Shown here piece after piece: positions 1-13,452 of a DNA stretch of 57,410 nucleotides; positions within the stretch are counted from its first letter, which is position 1; the number at the start of each line of letters is the position of its first letter. The translations under genes were made by a program, and so were the position numbers. The notes under the pieces were generated by a model that saw only the letters and a list, made by a program, of their open reading frames with translations, was not told where the DNA came from and did no database searches. Source of the DNA: Octopus sinensis (Eukaryota); NCBI RefSeq assembly GCF_006345805.1, contig NW_021834574.1, positions 1 to 57,410 on the forward strand. Reading direction: 5' to 3'.

Positions 1-2022
1 AAAATAAAACTGTTCGAAATCGAAAAATGTCTGAAACTCTCCCATGAAAAGGAAAGCCAGACAAAGAAGCTGGGCTATAGACAACATAAAATCTAACCCA
101 GAGCTTTCTACAGGTATGCCAAAGAAACAGCTACGGTGCACTGTAGAATAGGGCCACTCCTCGAAAAGATGGCACACTTACAGGAAACCAATGAGGGTAA
201 GTGAAATACTGAATGAGCAATTCAAGAGTGTTTCACTCCACCCCTTGGGCATCTCCAAACACCAATCCAACTGACTTTTTTACCACTGCAGATATAAAAT
301 CAGAGGCGGCGACGATAGATTACATCGATATAAAGGAAGACGATGTAATCAAGGCTATAGATGAAATGAAAACAGACTCAGCTACTGGCCCCGATGGATT
401 CCCGGCAATCCTCCTAAAAGCATGTAAGAGAGTCCTAGCAAGACCACTGCAGTTCCTCTTTCAGAGCTTCCTTGCAGCTGGCGAACTTCCAAGAAAACTG
501 AAGGAAGGTAAAATATGCCCCATTCATAAAGGAGGTAGCAGAGCGGAAGCCAAGAACTATAGACCTATCTCTCTGACCTCACACATCAGCAAGGTCATGG
601 AACGAATAGTCAGAAGGAGGCTGATCACCTTCCTTGAAGAGAATGACTTGCTGCCCGACACCCAACATGTTTCCGACCAGGAGAAGCTGTTTAACTCAGC
701 TCCTACAACACTATGACTGGGTGCTGAAACAGCTGCTCAACCACTCAATGTGGAAGTGATATATCTCGACTTTGCAAGGCCTTTGATAAAGTCGATCATG
801 AATGATATGTCACAAACTGCGTGATCTCAACATAGTTGGAAAACTGGGAGAATGGCTTCATGACTTTCTGAAGATAGAAGTCAGGTGGTAGTGGCCAATG
901 GGGCCACTTCCATTAACACGCAAATAGTGGGCGGTGTTCCGCAGGCACTGTCTGGACCACTACTGTTCATAATGGCCCTCTCAGACATGCCCTCAGCCAC
1001 GCAGAGAGCCACGATCACAAGTTATGCAGATGATACAAAAGTTTCACAGGCAATACAGAACCCTGAGGACACTAAACACCTGCAATGTGAGCTAGACAAA
1101 ATATACAAGTGGGCCGAAAAGAATAGCATGCAGTTCAATGCTGAAAAGTTTCAAGCTCTATACTATCAGCATGCAAAAGTAAATGCAATACCCACTGAAT
1201 ACACTGGACCCGGAGGAATAGCAATCCCAGAGGCACAATCAGTGCGTGACCTAGGTATTTACATGAGTGATGACGCGACCTTTCGTGCACATGTTGCTAA
1301 ATTGGCAATGAAATGTAGACGACTGGTCGGATGGATCCTCAGAACCTTTAGAACAAGAGAACAAGAAACCATGATGGTCCTCTGGAGGACACTTGTCCTA
1401 AGCCACTTTGAGTACTGCTCTCAGTTATGGTCACCATCCAGTGTCAAGTTGATCCCAGAGCTCGAGGCGATCCAACGTAGCTACACGAAGATAGCCTCTA
1501 TGCAGAATGTAAGCTACAGGGAAAAACTCAGGAGATTAAAATTATATTCCCTGGAGCGTAGGCGGGAAAGATATGCCATAATATACATCTGGAAGATCCT
1601 GGAGGGAAGTGTCCTGAACTTTGGCATCGAGAGTTACGCAAATGCCGGCATCGAGAGTTACTGCGTGGTACCTAGGACTCCAAACTTGCCATCAAGATGT
1701 AGGACAAGATTCTGTGATAGCCTGGGCTTCCGAGGCCCACAGCTCTTCAATATCCTCCCGAAGAACCTGAGAGACCTGCATGGGGTGGATACAGATGTCT
1801 TTAAAATGAAGCTGAATCTCTTCCTGTCAGGTGTCCCAGATGAACCAACTTCACGGCAGGAGGGGCAGATGAGGGCAGCTGCATCGAACTCTCTCATGCA
1901 CCAAATAGCAGTTGCTAGAAAAGCCTTCATTAAGTGAAACCAAGTAGCAAACCAAAGGCTGTGCCCCAGCATGGCCACAGCTCATCAGCTGAAACTAGAA
2001 TCAATCAATCAATCAATCAATC
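1..2022 (+). mobile_element. CR1/L2-group LINE, 3' part (starts mid-ORF2 at the window edge), ends in (AATC)n tail
   Basis: RT-region motifs ATGPDGFP, NYRPISLTSHISKVMERIV, GPLLF, YADD, SLERRRERY. 3' UTR ...CCCCAGCATGGCCACAGCTC...GAAACTAG followed by (AATC)n. Near-identical to the reverse complement of 37824-39870. Confidence 0.93.
213..1937 (+). pseudogene. LINE ORF2 reverse transcriptase, frameshifted (ORF track 213-716 and 885-1937)
   Basis: RT motifs are split over frames, with YADD in 885-1937. Confidence 0.9.
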
Positions 2023-3470
2023 ATACATATATATACATATATATATGTATATATGTATTATATATATATACATACATATATATATATACATATATATGCA
2101 TATATATATACATACTTATATATACATTAATATATATATATATATACTATATATATATTATCACTATATATATACATATATATATATACACACATATTAT
2201 GTACATATATATATATATAATACATTATATATACATATATATATATATCTATACATATATATATATATACATATATATATATACATTATAGATATATATA
2301 CAATATACATCATATACATTATATATACATATATATATATATACATTATATATATATATACATATATATATACACATATAAATACATATATATATATACA
2401 TATATTATACATATATATATATATATACATATATCTACATATATATATATAAGCATATATATATACCTATATTATACATATATATATATATACATCTATA
2501 TACATATATATACCATATATATATATACATATATATATACATATATATATATATATACATATTATACATATAATATACTACATATATACATATTATATAC
2601 ATATATATATATATACATATAATATTATACATATATATATATATATACATATATACATATATATATATACATATATACATATATATACATATATTATAAT
2701 ATACATATATATACATATACATTATATATATTATACTATAATATATACATACATATTATACATATATATACGTATATATATATATATATGCATATATATA
2801 TATATATACATATATATATATTATACATATATATACATATATATATACATATATATAGTATACATATATATATATACATACATATATATATATGCATATA
2901 TACATATAATACATATTATATACATATATATACATATATATATATACATATACATATATATACATATATATATACAAATATATATATAATACATATATAT
3001 ACATATTTATATATACATATATATACATATATATACCTATTACATATACTATATATATAATACATATATATACCTATATATATACAAATATATATATATA
3101 CATATATATATACATAATATACATATATATATGTCATATAATAATATACATATATCTACATATATATATACACATATATTATACATATATATATACATAT
3201 ATATACTATATATATACATAATTATAACATATATATACATATATATATATATATAGATATATATATACATATTATATATTACATATATATATAATATCAT
3301 ATTATATACATATATATATATATATATATACATATAATATACATATAATACATATATCTATATACATATATTATATACATATTTATATACATATATATAT
3401 ATATACTATATATATATACATATATATAACATATTATATACACATATATATATACATATCATATAGATAC

Positions 3471-3515
<45 letters not shown>

Positions 3516-3779
3516 CATATATTATATATACTATATATATACATATATATATCTACATATATATATATATAGATACATATATATATAATATATATATATA
3601 TATACATATATATTATACATTATATAGATCATATAATATATATATACATATATATAATATACATATATTAAATATACATATATATATACATATATATATA
3701 TATACATAATATATATACATATATATAATATACATATATATAATATACATATATAATATACATATACATACATATACAG

Positions 3780-3810
<31 letters not shown>

Positions 3811-3904
3811 CATATATCTATAAATATACATATATATATATATTATACATATATATACATATACATATATATATACATATATATATACACATATATATAT
3901 ACAT

Positions 3905-3936
<32 letters not shown>

Positions 3937-4008
3937 CATATATATATACATATATATATATATACATATATATATATAACATATTATATATACATATATG
4001 TATATATA
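2023..4008. repeat. ~2 kb degenerate (TA)n/(TATATAC) microsatellite
   Basis: Direct reading. Its Y/I/H-rich ORFs are artefacts. Confidence 0.98.
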
Positions 4009-4009
4009 C

Positions 4010-4442
4010 GCGGGAAAGATATGCCATAATATACACCTGGAAGATCCTGGAGGAAGTGTCCTGAACTTTGGCATCGAGAGTTACGCAAATGCCAGAACTG
4101 GGCGCACTGCGTGGTGCCTAGGACTCCAAACTTGCCATCAAGATGTAGGACAAGATTCTGTGATAACCTGGGCTTCCGAGGCCCACAGCTCTTCAATATC
4201 TCCCGAAGAACCTGAGAGACCTGCATGGGTGGATGCAGATGCCTTTAAAATGAAGCTGGATCTCTTCCTGTCAGGTGTCCCAGATGAACCAACTTCACGG
4301 CAGAGAGGCAGATGAGGGCAGCTGCATCGAACTCTCTCATGCACCAAATGGCAGTTGCTAGAAAGCTTTCGTGAAGTGAAACCAAGTAGCAACACCAAAT
4401 GGCGGTGCCCCAGCATGGCCACAGCTCATAAGCTGAAACTAG

Positions 4443-4479
<37 letters not shown>
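4010..4479 (+). mobile_element. 5'-truncated CR1/L2-group LINE 3' end with (AATC)n tail
   Basis: Matches the last ~470 nt of the copy at 1-2022. Confidence 0.92.
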
Positions 4480-4571
4480 TATATATATATATATACATAT
4501 TATTACTAAAAATAAACAAAATTTTACCGAATGCAAAACTTCAAAACACATCATTTTAAAAAAGAATTCAG

Positions 4572-4633
4572 TTACATATCACATGTGATTTCGCATTTAA
4601 TGCAGAATATGCATTTCATGTTCATCAGTGCAA
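4572..4633 (-). ncRNA. Type-I hammerhead ribozyme (495-bp repeat, copy 1)
   Basis: Minus strand: TTGCA-CTGATGA-ACAT...ATGC-GAAA-TCACATGTGA-TA^TGTAA. Stem I TTGCA/TGTAA with one G.U, palindromic stem III, AUA cleavage triplet, A.C at 10.1-11.1. Confidence 0.75.
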
Positions 4634-5068
4634 CAAACTCAAGAAATATAAGAGAAAACATAACATTACAAGCTCGATAGCCAACCGTAGAATTCGTCGT
4701 AGCATGTACGAATGTTTATCTTTACATATCTATGAAAATGGCGGGCTTATTCGCAATGCATTTCGGTGACAAATTGTCTAGTCGGAATAAAAATTCAGTA
4801 TTGAACTATTCCGGTGAAAAATATAAATTAACAATTTAGGATAAAATCTTAAAAAGAAATTATCAGTAGTTACCGTGAAAAACCTCGTAAGAGAAAAAAT
4901 TCGTAAATTCTTCCTCTTTGAAAATATTCATTTATATTATATTGAGGGTACTACTATTCGTAGATACCAACACGCTAAGAGGGACCAATGCGGTCAAAGC
5001 TACTAAAAATAAACAAAATTTTACCAAATGCAAAACTTCAAAACACATCATTTTAAAAAAGAATTCAG

Positions 5069-5129
5069 TTACATATCACATGTGATTTCGCATTTAATGT
5101 AGAATATGCATTTCATGTTCATCAGTGCA
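5069..5129 (-). ncRNA. Type-I hammerhead ribozyme (495-bp repeat, copy 2)
   Basis: Same core as 4572-4633, with stem I one pair shorter. Confidence 0.7.
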
Positions 5130-5606
5130 CAAACTCAAGAATATAAGAGAAAACATAACATTACAAGCTCGATAGCCAACCGTAAATTCGTCGTAGCATG
5201 TACGAATGTTTATCTTACATATCTATGAAAATGGCGGGCTTATTCGCAATGCATTTCGGTGACAAATTGTCTAGTCAGAATAAAAATTCAGTATTGAACT
5301 ATTCCGATGAAAAATATAAATTAACAATTGAGGATAAAATCTTAAAAAGAAATTATCAGTAGTCAACGTCAAAAACCTCGTAAGAGAAAAAATCCGTAAA
5401 TTTTTCCTCTTTGAAAATATTCATTTATATTATATTGAGGGTACTACTATTCGTAGATACCAACACGCTAAGAGGGACCAATGCGGTCAAAGCTACTAAA
5501 AATAAACAAAATTTTACCGAATGCAAAACTTCAAAACACATTTTAAAAAAGAATTCAGTTACATATCACATGTGATATATGTATGTATATTATATATATA
5601 TATGTG

Positions 5607-5637
<31 letters not shown>

Positions 5638-6569
5638 GATTGATTGATTGATTGATTCTAGTTTCAGCTTATGAGCTGTGGCCATGCTGGGCACCGCCAT
5701 TTGTGTTGCTACTTGGTTTCACTTCACGAAAGCTTTCTAGCACTGCCATTTGGTGCATGAGAGAGTTCGATGCAGCTGCCCTCATCTGCCCCTCCTGCCG
5801 TGAAGTTGGTTCATCTGGGACACCTGACAGGAAGAGATCCAGCTTCATTTTAAAGACATCTGCATCCACCCCATGCAGGTCTCTCAGGTTCTTCGGGAGG
5901 ATATTGAAGAGCTGTGGGCCTCGGAAGCACAGGCTATCACAGAATCTTGTCCTACATCTTGATGGCAAGTTTGGAGTCCTAGGCACCACGCAGTGGCGCC
6001 CAGTTCTGGCATTTGCGTAACTCTCGATGCCAAAGTTCAGGACACTTCCCTCCAGGATCTTCCAGATGTATATTATGTCATATCTTTCCCGCCTACGCTC
6101 CAGGGAATATAGTTTTAATCTCTTGAGTCTTTCCCAGTAGCTTACATTCTGCATAGAGGCTATCTTCTTCGTGTAGCTACGTTGGATCGCCTCGAGCTCT
6201 GGGATAAACTTGACACTGGATGGTGACCATAACTGAGAGCAGTAGTCAAAGTGGCTTAGGACAAGTGTCCTCCAGAGGACCATCATGGTTTCTTGTTCTC
6301 TTGTTCTAAAGGTTCTGAGGATCCATCCGGCCAGTTGTCTACATTTCATTGCCAATTTAGCAACATGTACACGAAAGGTCGTGTCATCACTCATGTAAAT
6401 ACCTAGGTCACGCACTGATTGTGCCTCTGGGATTGCTATTCCTCCGGGTCCAGTGTATTCAGTGGGTATTGCATTTACTTTTGCATGCTGATAGTATAGA
6501 GCTTGAAACTTTTCAGCATTGAACTGCATGCTATTCTTTTCGGCCCACTTGTATATTTTGTCCAGCTCA
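5638..6569 (-). mobile_element. 5'-truncated CR1/L2-group LINE
   Basis: ORF 5669-6529 is the ORF2 C-terminus. (GATT)n on plus equals the (AATC)n tail. Flanked by (TA)n. Confidence 0.93.
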
Positions 6570-6671
6570 TATATGTGTATGTATATATATGTATATATAT
6601 ATATATGTATATATATGTATATATATACATATATGTATATATATATATGTATTAATTTATTATATAGAAGG

Positions 6672-6722
6672 AGCTTCTACAGGACTAGAACTGTTTCATT
6701 CAAGAGAAATCTTCAGGTGCTA
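6672..6722 (-). ncRNA. Hammerhead ribozyme, left arm of X, stem I disrupted
   Basis: Same as 12892-12942 except the 5' strand of stem I reads AGCAC instead of AGCTTC. Confidence 0.55.
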
Positions 6723-8393
6723 GTTAACAAGAATTGTATTGGCATTTATACATTTAGGCAGGTTTAAAGGGGTGTTGGTGGGGGACTTTTTGGGGGTAGG
6801 CATAGCGCAAAATATCATACTTCGGGGAGTGGTCAAGGAGTCAGTGTTAAATTAGATAGAAGAATAAATAAAAAAATAAATAAAAAAATAAAAAAATATA
6901 TATATAAAAAAAAGGGGAATAGAGTTTTAGGTAAATAAGGAGATTCTCACTTATACCTATGCACAATGTATACATATACACACACATACAAACATATATA
7001 CATATACGTACACACATACATACACACACATATATATACATATATATACATATATATACACTTACACATACATATACTATCTACACATACACATAATGTA
7101 TACATACACACACTCACATGCATACACGTATACACACATGTATGTATACACACACGACCACACATACATATCACACAGAAAAATATATATAATATACACA
7201 CACATACTCACATACATACACGCATACACACACATATCCACACACACACATGCACACAGCACACAGTCCCTATATACACATATATAACACATACACACAT
7301 ATATACACACCATACATATACATACATATATATATATACATATACATATGTGTACCTATGCATACCTACACATACACACATATATACACATACAAATACA
7401 GACCCATTCCCTAATTTTAATTTTATTATCTTCGTTTATTACTTTTGTTATCTTTGGCCGCTTGGTCACAAACATCTTAGCTATGACAGCCAGTCCATTT
7501 ATCTGTCTACTGGAAACAAGCACTCATTCACTCACGCACACTCTTTAGCACGTACACTCACTCATTCGTACCCTCACACATACACGCACGCACGCGTTAT
7601 ATTCATACATACATACATCTACATACATTCACGTATATACACATACGTACGCGTACCTACAGATTCATGTCTACACTCTTAGAAGGCTAGTCTATACATA
7701 TACACACCAATAATATAAATACACACACATACATATACACCTACATACAAATACATACATGTATATATATATATTATATATATATATATATATACATATA
7801 TATTCACATATATATACACATATATATATACATATATATACATATATATACACACATACACACACATACATATATATACAACACGTACACATACATACAT
7901 ATACACACATACACATACATACGTATACATAACTACATACATCCATACATACATACATTTATACACATACACACACCCCACGTATACATATACATACATA
8001 TATATACGCGCATATATATATATATATAATATATTCATACACACACATACATATACATACATACATATAACAATATACGCACACACACATACATACATAC
8101 TCATATACACATACACATGTACATGCGTACCCATACACACACACACGCGCGCGCATCTATATACACATAAGTACAACACATGCGTAAAAGTATACATATA
8201 TCTATGCTTACACATACACACACACACACGCGCCTCCTTATATTCATACTTACATGCATACTCAAAAAATAAGTAAATAGTAAAATATATATACGCGCAG
8301 TTATTCATACTGCATACTCAAAAAATAAAATAAATATTAAGTATATGTACGTGCAGTTACCTATTATATAGACGGATACATACATATAAACTT

Positions 8394-8461
<68 letters not shown>

Positions 8462-9089
8462 ATATTATATATATATAGATATATATATATATATATATAT
8501 ACATACATATATACACATATATATATACATATACACACACATTCACATCACGACACCATACACAATATCCACACACACACATGCATGCACACATCACCAG
8601 TCCCTATACACATATATAACACATAACACATATATAAACACACCACATATATATACATATATATATCTATACATATACATATGTGACAGCATACCTACAC
8701 ATACACACACATATATATACACATACAAATACAGACCCATTCCCTAATTTTAATTTTATTATCTTCGTTTATTACTTTTGTTATCTTTGGCCGCTTGGTC
8801 ACAAACATCTTAGCTATGACAGCCAGTCCATTTATCTGTCTACTGGAAACAAGCACTCATTCACTCACCGCACACTCTTTAGCACGTACACTCACTCATT
8901 CGTACCTCATCATACACATACACGCACGCACGCGTTATATTCATACATACATACATCTACATACATTCACGTATATACACATACGTACGCGTACCTACAG
9001 ATTCATGTCTACACTCTTAGAAGGCTAGTCTATACATATACACCAATAAAAATAAATACACACACATACATATACACCTACATACAAAT

Positions 9090-9140
<51 letters not shown>

Positions 9141-9344
9141 TATTCACATATATATACACATATATATATACATATATATACATATATATACACATATACA
9201 CACACATACATATATATACACACGTACACATACATACATATACACACATACACATACATACGTATACATACATACATACATCCATACATACATACATTTA
9301 TACACATACACACACCCACACGTATACATATACATACATATATA

Positions 9345-9377
<33 letters not shown>

Positions 9378-9731
9378 TCATACACACACATACATATACA
9401 TACATACATATACAAATATACGCACACACATACATACATACTCATATACACATACACATGTACATGCGTACCCATACACACACACACGCGCGCGCATCCA
9501 TATATACACATAAGTACACACATGCGTAAAAGTATACATATATCTATGCTTACACATACACACACACACACGCGCCTCCTTATATTACTTACATGCATAC
9601 TCAAAAAATAAGTAAATAGTAAAATATATATACGCGCAGTTATTCATACTGCATACTCAAAAAATAAAATAAATATTAAGTATATGTACGTGCAGTTACC
9701 TATTATATAGACGGATACATACATATAAACT

Positions 9732-9790
<59 letters not shown>

Positions 9791-9929
9791 ATATATATAT
9801 CTATATATATATATATAATATATATATATATATAATATATATATACATACATATATACACATATATAATACATATACACATATATACATATATATATGTA
9901 TACACACATACACTATATATATATATATA

Positions 9930-10059
9930 CTGACCGATAGAATAAGTACTGGGCTTACAAAAAGAATAAGTCCCGGGGTCGAGTTGCTCGACTAAAAGGC
10001 GGTGCTCCAGCATGGCCGCAGTCAAATGACTGAAACAAGTAAAAGAGTAAAAGAGTAAA
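9930..10059 (+). mobile_element. 3' half of a SINE (octopus-type) with (AAAAGAGT)n-like tail
   Basis: ATAAGTACT...GGGGTCGA...TCGACTAAAAGGCGGTGCTCCAGCATGGCCGCAGTCAAATGACTGAAACAAGTAAAAGAGTAAAAGAG. The 3' end is homologous to the LINE 3' UTR. Family assignment is from recall. Confidence 0.7.
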
Positions 10060-10255
10060 TACATACTTACACACATGTACAAATATATACACACATAGAT
10101 AACTCTACGTACCTACATATACATAAACACACGAGCGTACGCGTATATGTACATATACACATACACATACACACGCATATATATACATACATACATACAC
10201 ATACACACATATATACACACACACATATATATGTATGTGTATATATATGTGTATA

Positions 10256-10296
<41 letters not shown>

Positions 10297-10680
10297 AAGT
10301 TTATATGTATGTATCCGTCTATATAATAGGTAACTGCACGTACATATACTTAATATTTATTTTATTTTTTGAGTATGCATGTATGAATAACTGCGCGTAT
10401 ATATATTTTACTATTTACTTATTTTTTGAGTATGCATGTAAGTATGAATATAAGGAGGCGCGTGTGTGTGTGTGTATGTGTAAGCATAGATATATGTATA
10501 CTTTTAAGCATGTGTGTACTTATGTGTATATATGGATGCGCGCGCGCGTGTGTGTGTGTGTGTATGGGTACGCATGTACATGTGTATGTGCGTGTATGTG
10601 TATATGAGTATGTATGTATGTGTGTGCGTATATTTGTATATGTATGTATGTATATGTATGTGTGTGTATGAATATATATA

Positions 10681-11593
10681 TGTAGAGGTAGGTACGTATA
10701 TATATGTTTATATATATGCATATGTTCTATTTTATTAACATATTATACGACTAAACGCACGCACCCTATTAAGTAAGATTGTTCTGTTTATCAAGTTAGC
10801 CTTGATATTAACTCTCACGCGACTCTGCATCTTTCTTTCTTTCTCTCTTCATTCCCATTTTTCGTCCTTTTTTCCCTCACTTAACTTGCTCTTTTCCTCT
10901 CCCTCACCATTCTTCATTCATGGTCTCCTCGCACCATTCCCCTTCTGCTCTCTCTTCCTCTGCTCGCCTCCCCCCTTCCCGTCGTCCATCTGCGACGATA
11001 CTTCCGTCGTAACTGATATCCTGTCTTTTCTCGCCCGCCTTCTAAGGCCACTGGTCGACATTCTTTCTCTCTCGTCGTCCACTATAATCCAGCGTTTGCA
11101 TTACTTTTTTTCGCCTGGCGTAACAGCCCTTCTATCTTGTTCTCCTTGTCCTGTCTCTCACTGTTATATATTTATTTTTCAACTGTTTATATATAATTTT
11201 TTTTTTTTACTGTTTATATTTTGTACTGTCGTTACCGTCTTGCTTTTTTTACCATTTTTTACCCCTCTGCGAAAAGATCTCAGAATTTTAATTGATTTGC
11301 TTTTCGCAGGAAGGAAGTTTCTTCGAAGTATACGTCTCGCTTTTATCCTTCGAAACGTAGAGTAGAATGAAACCTAGCGACTGAAGAAGGGGTTTTTTCG
11401 TTGTGCTTATTGTCCTGTATCTCTTTTTTTCTTTTTTGCTTGTCCTGTTCCTTGTTTGTGTCTATGTTTTTCGTCTCTCTATGTGTTCGACGTCTTTTTG
11501 GTGTCCTGTACACATATATGCGTGTATATGTACATGTAGAGGTAGGTACGTACATATATGTTTATATATATGCATATGTTCTATTTTATTAAC

Positions 11594-11594
<1 letters not shown>
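10681..11594 (+). mobile_element. Non-coding element 'Y' with ~60-bp direct terminal repeats
   Basis: 10681-10740 is repeated at 11535-11594. 11345-11594 recurs inverted at 37392-37631. Confidence 0.55.
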
Positions 11595-11626
<32 letters not shown>

Positions 11627-12891
11627 TATATATGTATGTATATGTATACGTGTGGGTGTGTGTATGTGTATAAATGTATGTATGGATGTATGTATGTATG
11701 TATACGTATGTATGTGTGTATATGTATGTATGTGTATGTGTGTATATATATGTATGTGTGTGTATATGTGTATATATATGTATATATATATCTATATATA
11801 TATGTGTATATATATGTGAATATATATGTATATATATATATTATATATAATATATATATATATGTATTATATTATATATATATATATATCATGTATGTAT
11901 TGTATGTAGGTGTATATGTATGTGTGTGTATTTATATTTATGGTGTATATGTAGACTAGCCTTCTAAGAGTGTAGACATGATATGTAGGTACGCGTACGT
12001 ATGTGTATATACGTGAATGTATGTAGATGTATGTATTATGAATATAACTACGCGTGCGTGCGTGTATGTGTATGAGTGTACGATGAGTGAGTGTACGTGC
12101 TAAAGAGTGTGCGTGAGTGAATGAGTGCTTGTTTTCCAGTAGACAGATAATGGACTGGCTGTCATAGCTAAGATTTTGTGACCAAGCGGCCAAAGATAAC
12201 AAAGTAATAAACGAAGATAATAAATTAAAATTAGGGATGGGTCTGTATTTGTATGTGTATTATATGTGTGTATGTGTAGGTATGCATAGGTACCATATGT
12301 ATATTATATATTATATATGTATGTATATGTATGTGTGTATATATGTGTGTATGTGTATATATGTGTATATAGGGACGTGTGCTGGTGTGCAATGTGTGTG
12401 TGTGTGGATATGTGTGTGTATGCGTGTATGTGAGTATGTGTGTGTATGTGTATATATATTTTTCTGTGTGTATATGTATGTGTGGTCGTGTGTGTATACG
12501 TGTATGCATGTGAGTGTGTGTATGTATACATATATGTGTATGTGTAGATATGTATATGTATGTGTAAGTGTATATATATGTATATATATGTGTGTGTATG
12601 TATGTGTTTATGTATATGTATATATGTTTGTATGTGTGTGTATATATGTATACATATGTGCATAGGTATAAGTGAGAATCTCCTTATTTACCTAAAACTC
12701 TATTCCCCATTTTTTTATATATATATTTTTTATTCATTTTTTTATTTATTCTTCTATCTAATTTAACACTGACTCCTTGACCACTCCCCCAAGTATGATA
12801 TTTTGCGCTATGCCTACCCCCAAAAAGTCCCCCACCAACACCCCTTTAAACCTGCCTAAATGTATAAATGCCAATACAATTCTTGTTAACT

Positions 12892-12942
12892 AGCTTCCTG
12901 AAGATTTCTCTTGAATGAAACAGTTCTAGTCCTGTAGAAGCT
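12892..12942 (+). ncRNA. Type-I hammerhead ribozyme, right arm of X
   Basis: AGCTTC-CTGAAGA-TTTC TCTT GAAT-GAAA-CAG TTCTAGTC CTG-TA^GAAGCT. 6-bp stem I, GUA cleavage after 12936, U.U at 10.1-11.1. Confidence 0.75.
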
Positions 12943-13025
12943 CCTTCTATATAATAAATTAATTTTACTCTGCTATGTATTGAGTACCTTATTTACTGTG
13001 GTAAACCCCGAATCAACCGGGACCT

Positions 13026-13062
13026 ACATATATATATATGTATATATAATATTATATATATG

Positions 13063-13147
<85 letters not shown>

Positions 13148-13210
13148 ATATATATATGTATATATATATATGTATAATATATAAATGTATATCTATATGT
13201 ATTATATATG

Positions 13211-13241
<31 letters not shown>

Positions 13242-13452
13242 GTATATTATTGTTATATTGTATATATATGTATATATCTATGTATATATATGTATATATG
13301 TATATGTATATATATGTATATATATGTATATATATATATGTATATATATGTAATATATATTGTATATATATATATATGTATATATGTATATGTATATATA
13401 TGTATATATATATATATGTATATATATTTATATGTATAAATATGTATATATA
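13026..13452. repeat. (TA)n/(TATATG) microsatellite
   Basis: Direct reading. Confidence 0.97.

Larger units (their letters stand above)
4502..5575 (-). repeat. Tandem repeat, ~495-bp unit, ~2.2 copies, carries a hammerhead ribozyme
   Basis: TACTAAAAATAAACAAAATTTTACC recurs near 4503, 5002 and 5494. HHR core is on the minus strand. Confidence 0.9.
6651..12963. mobile_element. Non-coding inverted-arm composite 'X': microsatellite-like body, HHR near each outer end, internal tandem duplication
   Basis: ~6651-8040 is the reverse complement of ~11600-12963. ~7350-8400 is repeated at ~8683-9730, and ~8030-8390 is inverted at ~10290-10680. Confidence 0.75.

Noticed and set aside
1620-1665. Local 15-nt duplication GGCATCGAGAGTTAC replacing normal LINE sequence
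   Set aside because: Private micro-rearrangement in one decayed copy, with no functional signal.
1934-4036. Many long Y/I/H/C/V/M-rich ORFs here and in all other (TA)n/(CA)n tracts
   Set aside because: They are translations of dinucleotide repeats that lack stops by composition, with no domain content.
11266-11311. 10-bp inverted repeat CTGCGAAAAG/CTTTTCGCAG as a terminator or DNA-transposon end
   Set aside because: An isolated hairpin in eukaryotic repeat DNA with no matching element boundary.
10802-11365. 187-aa hydrophobic ORF as a membrane protein
   Set aside because: It arises from a pyrimidine-rich tract inside repeat Y and starts at a non-ATG codon.
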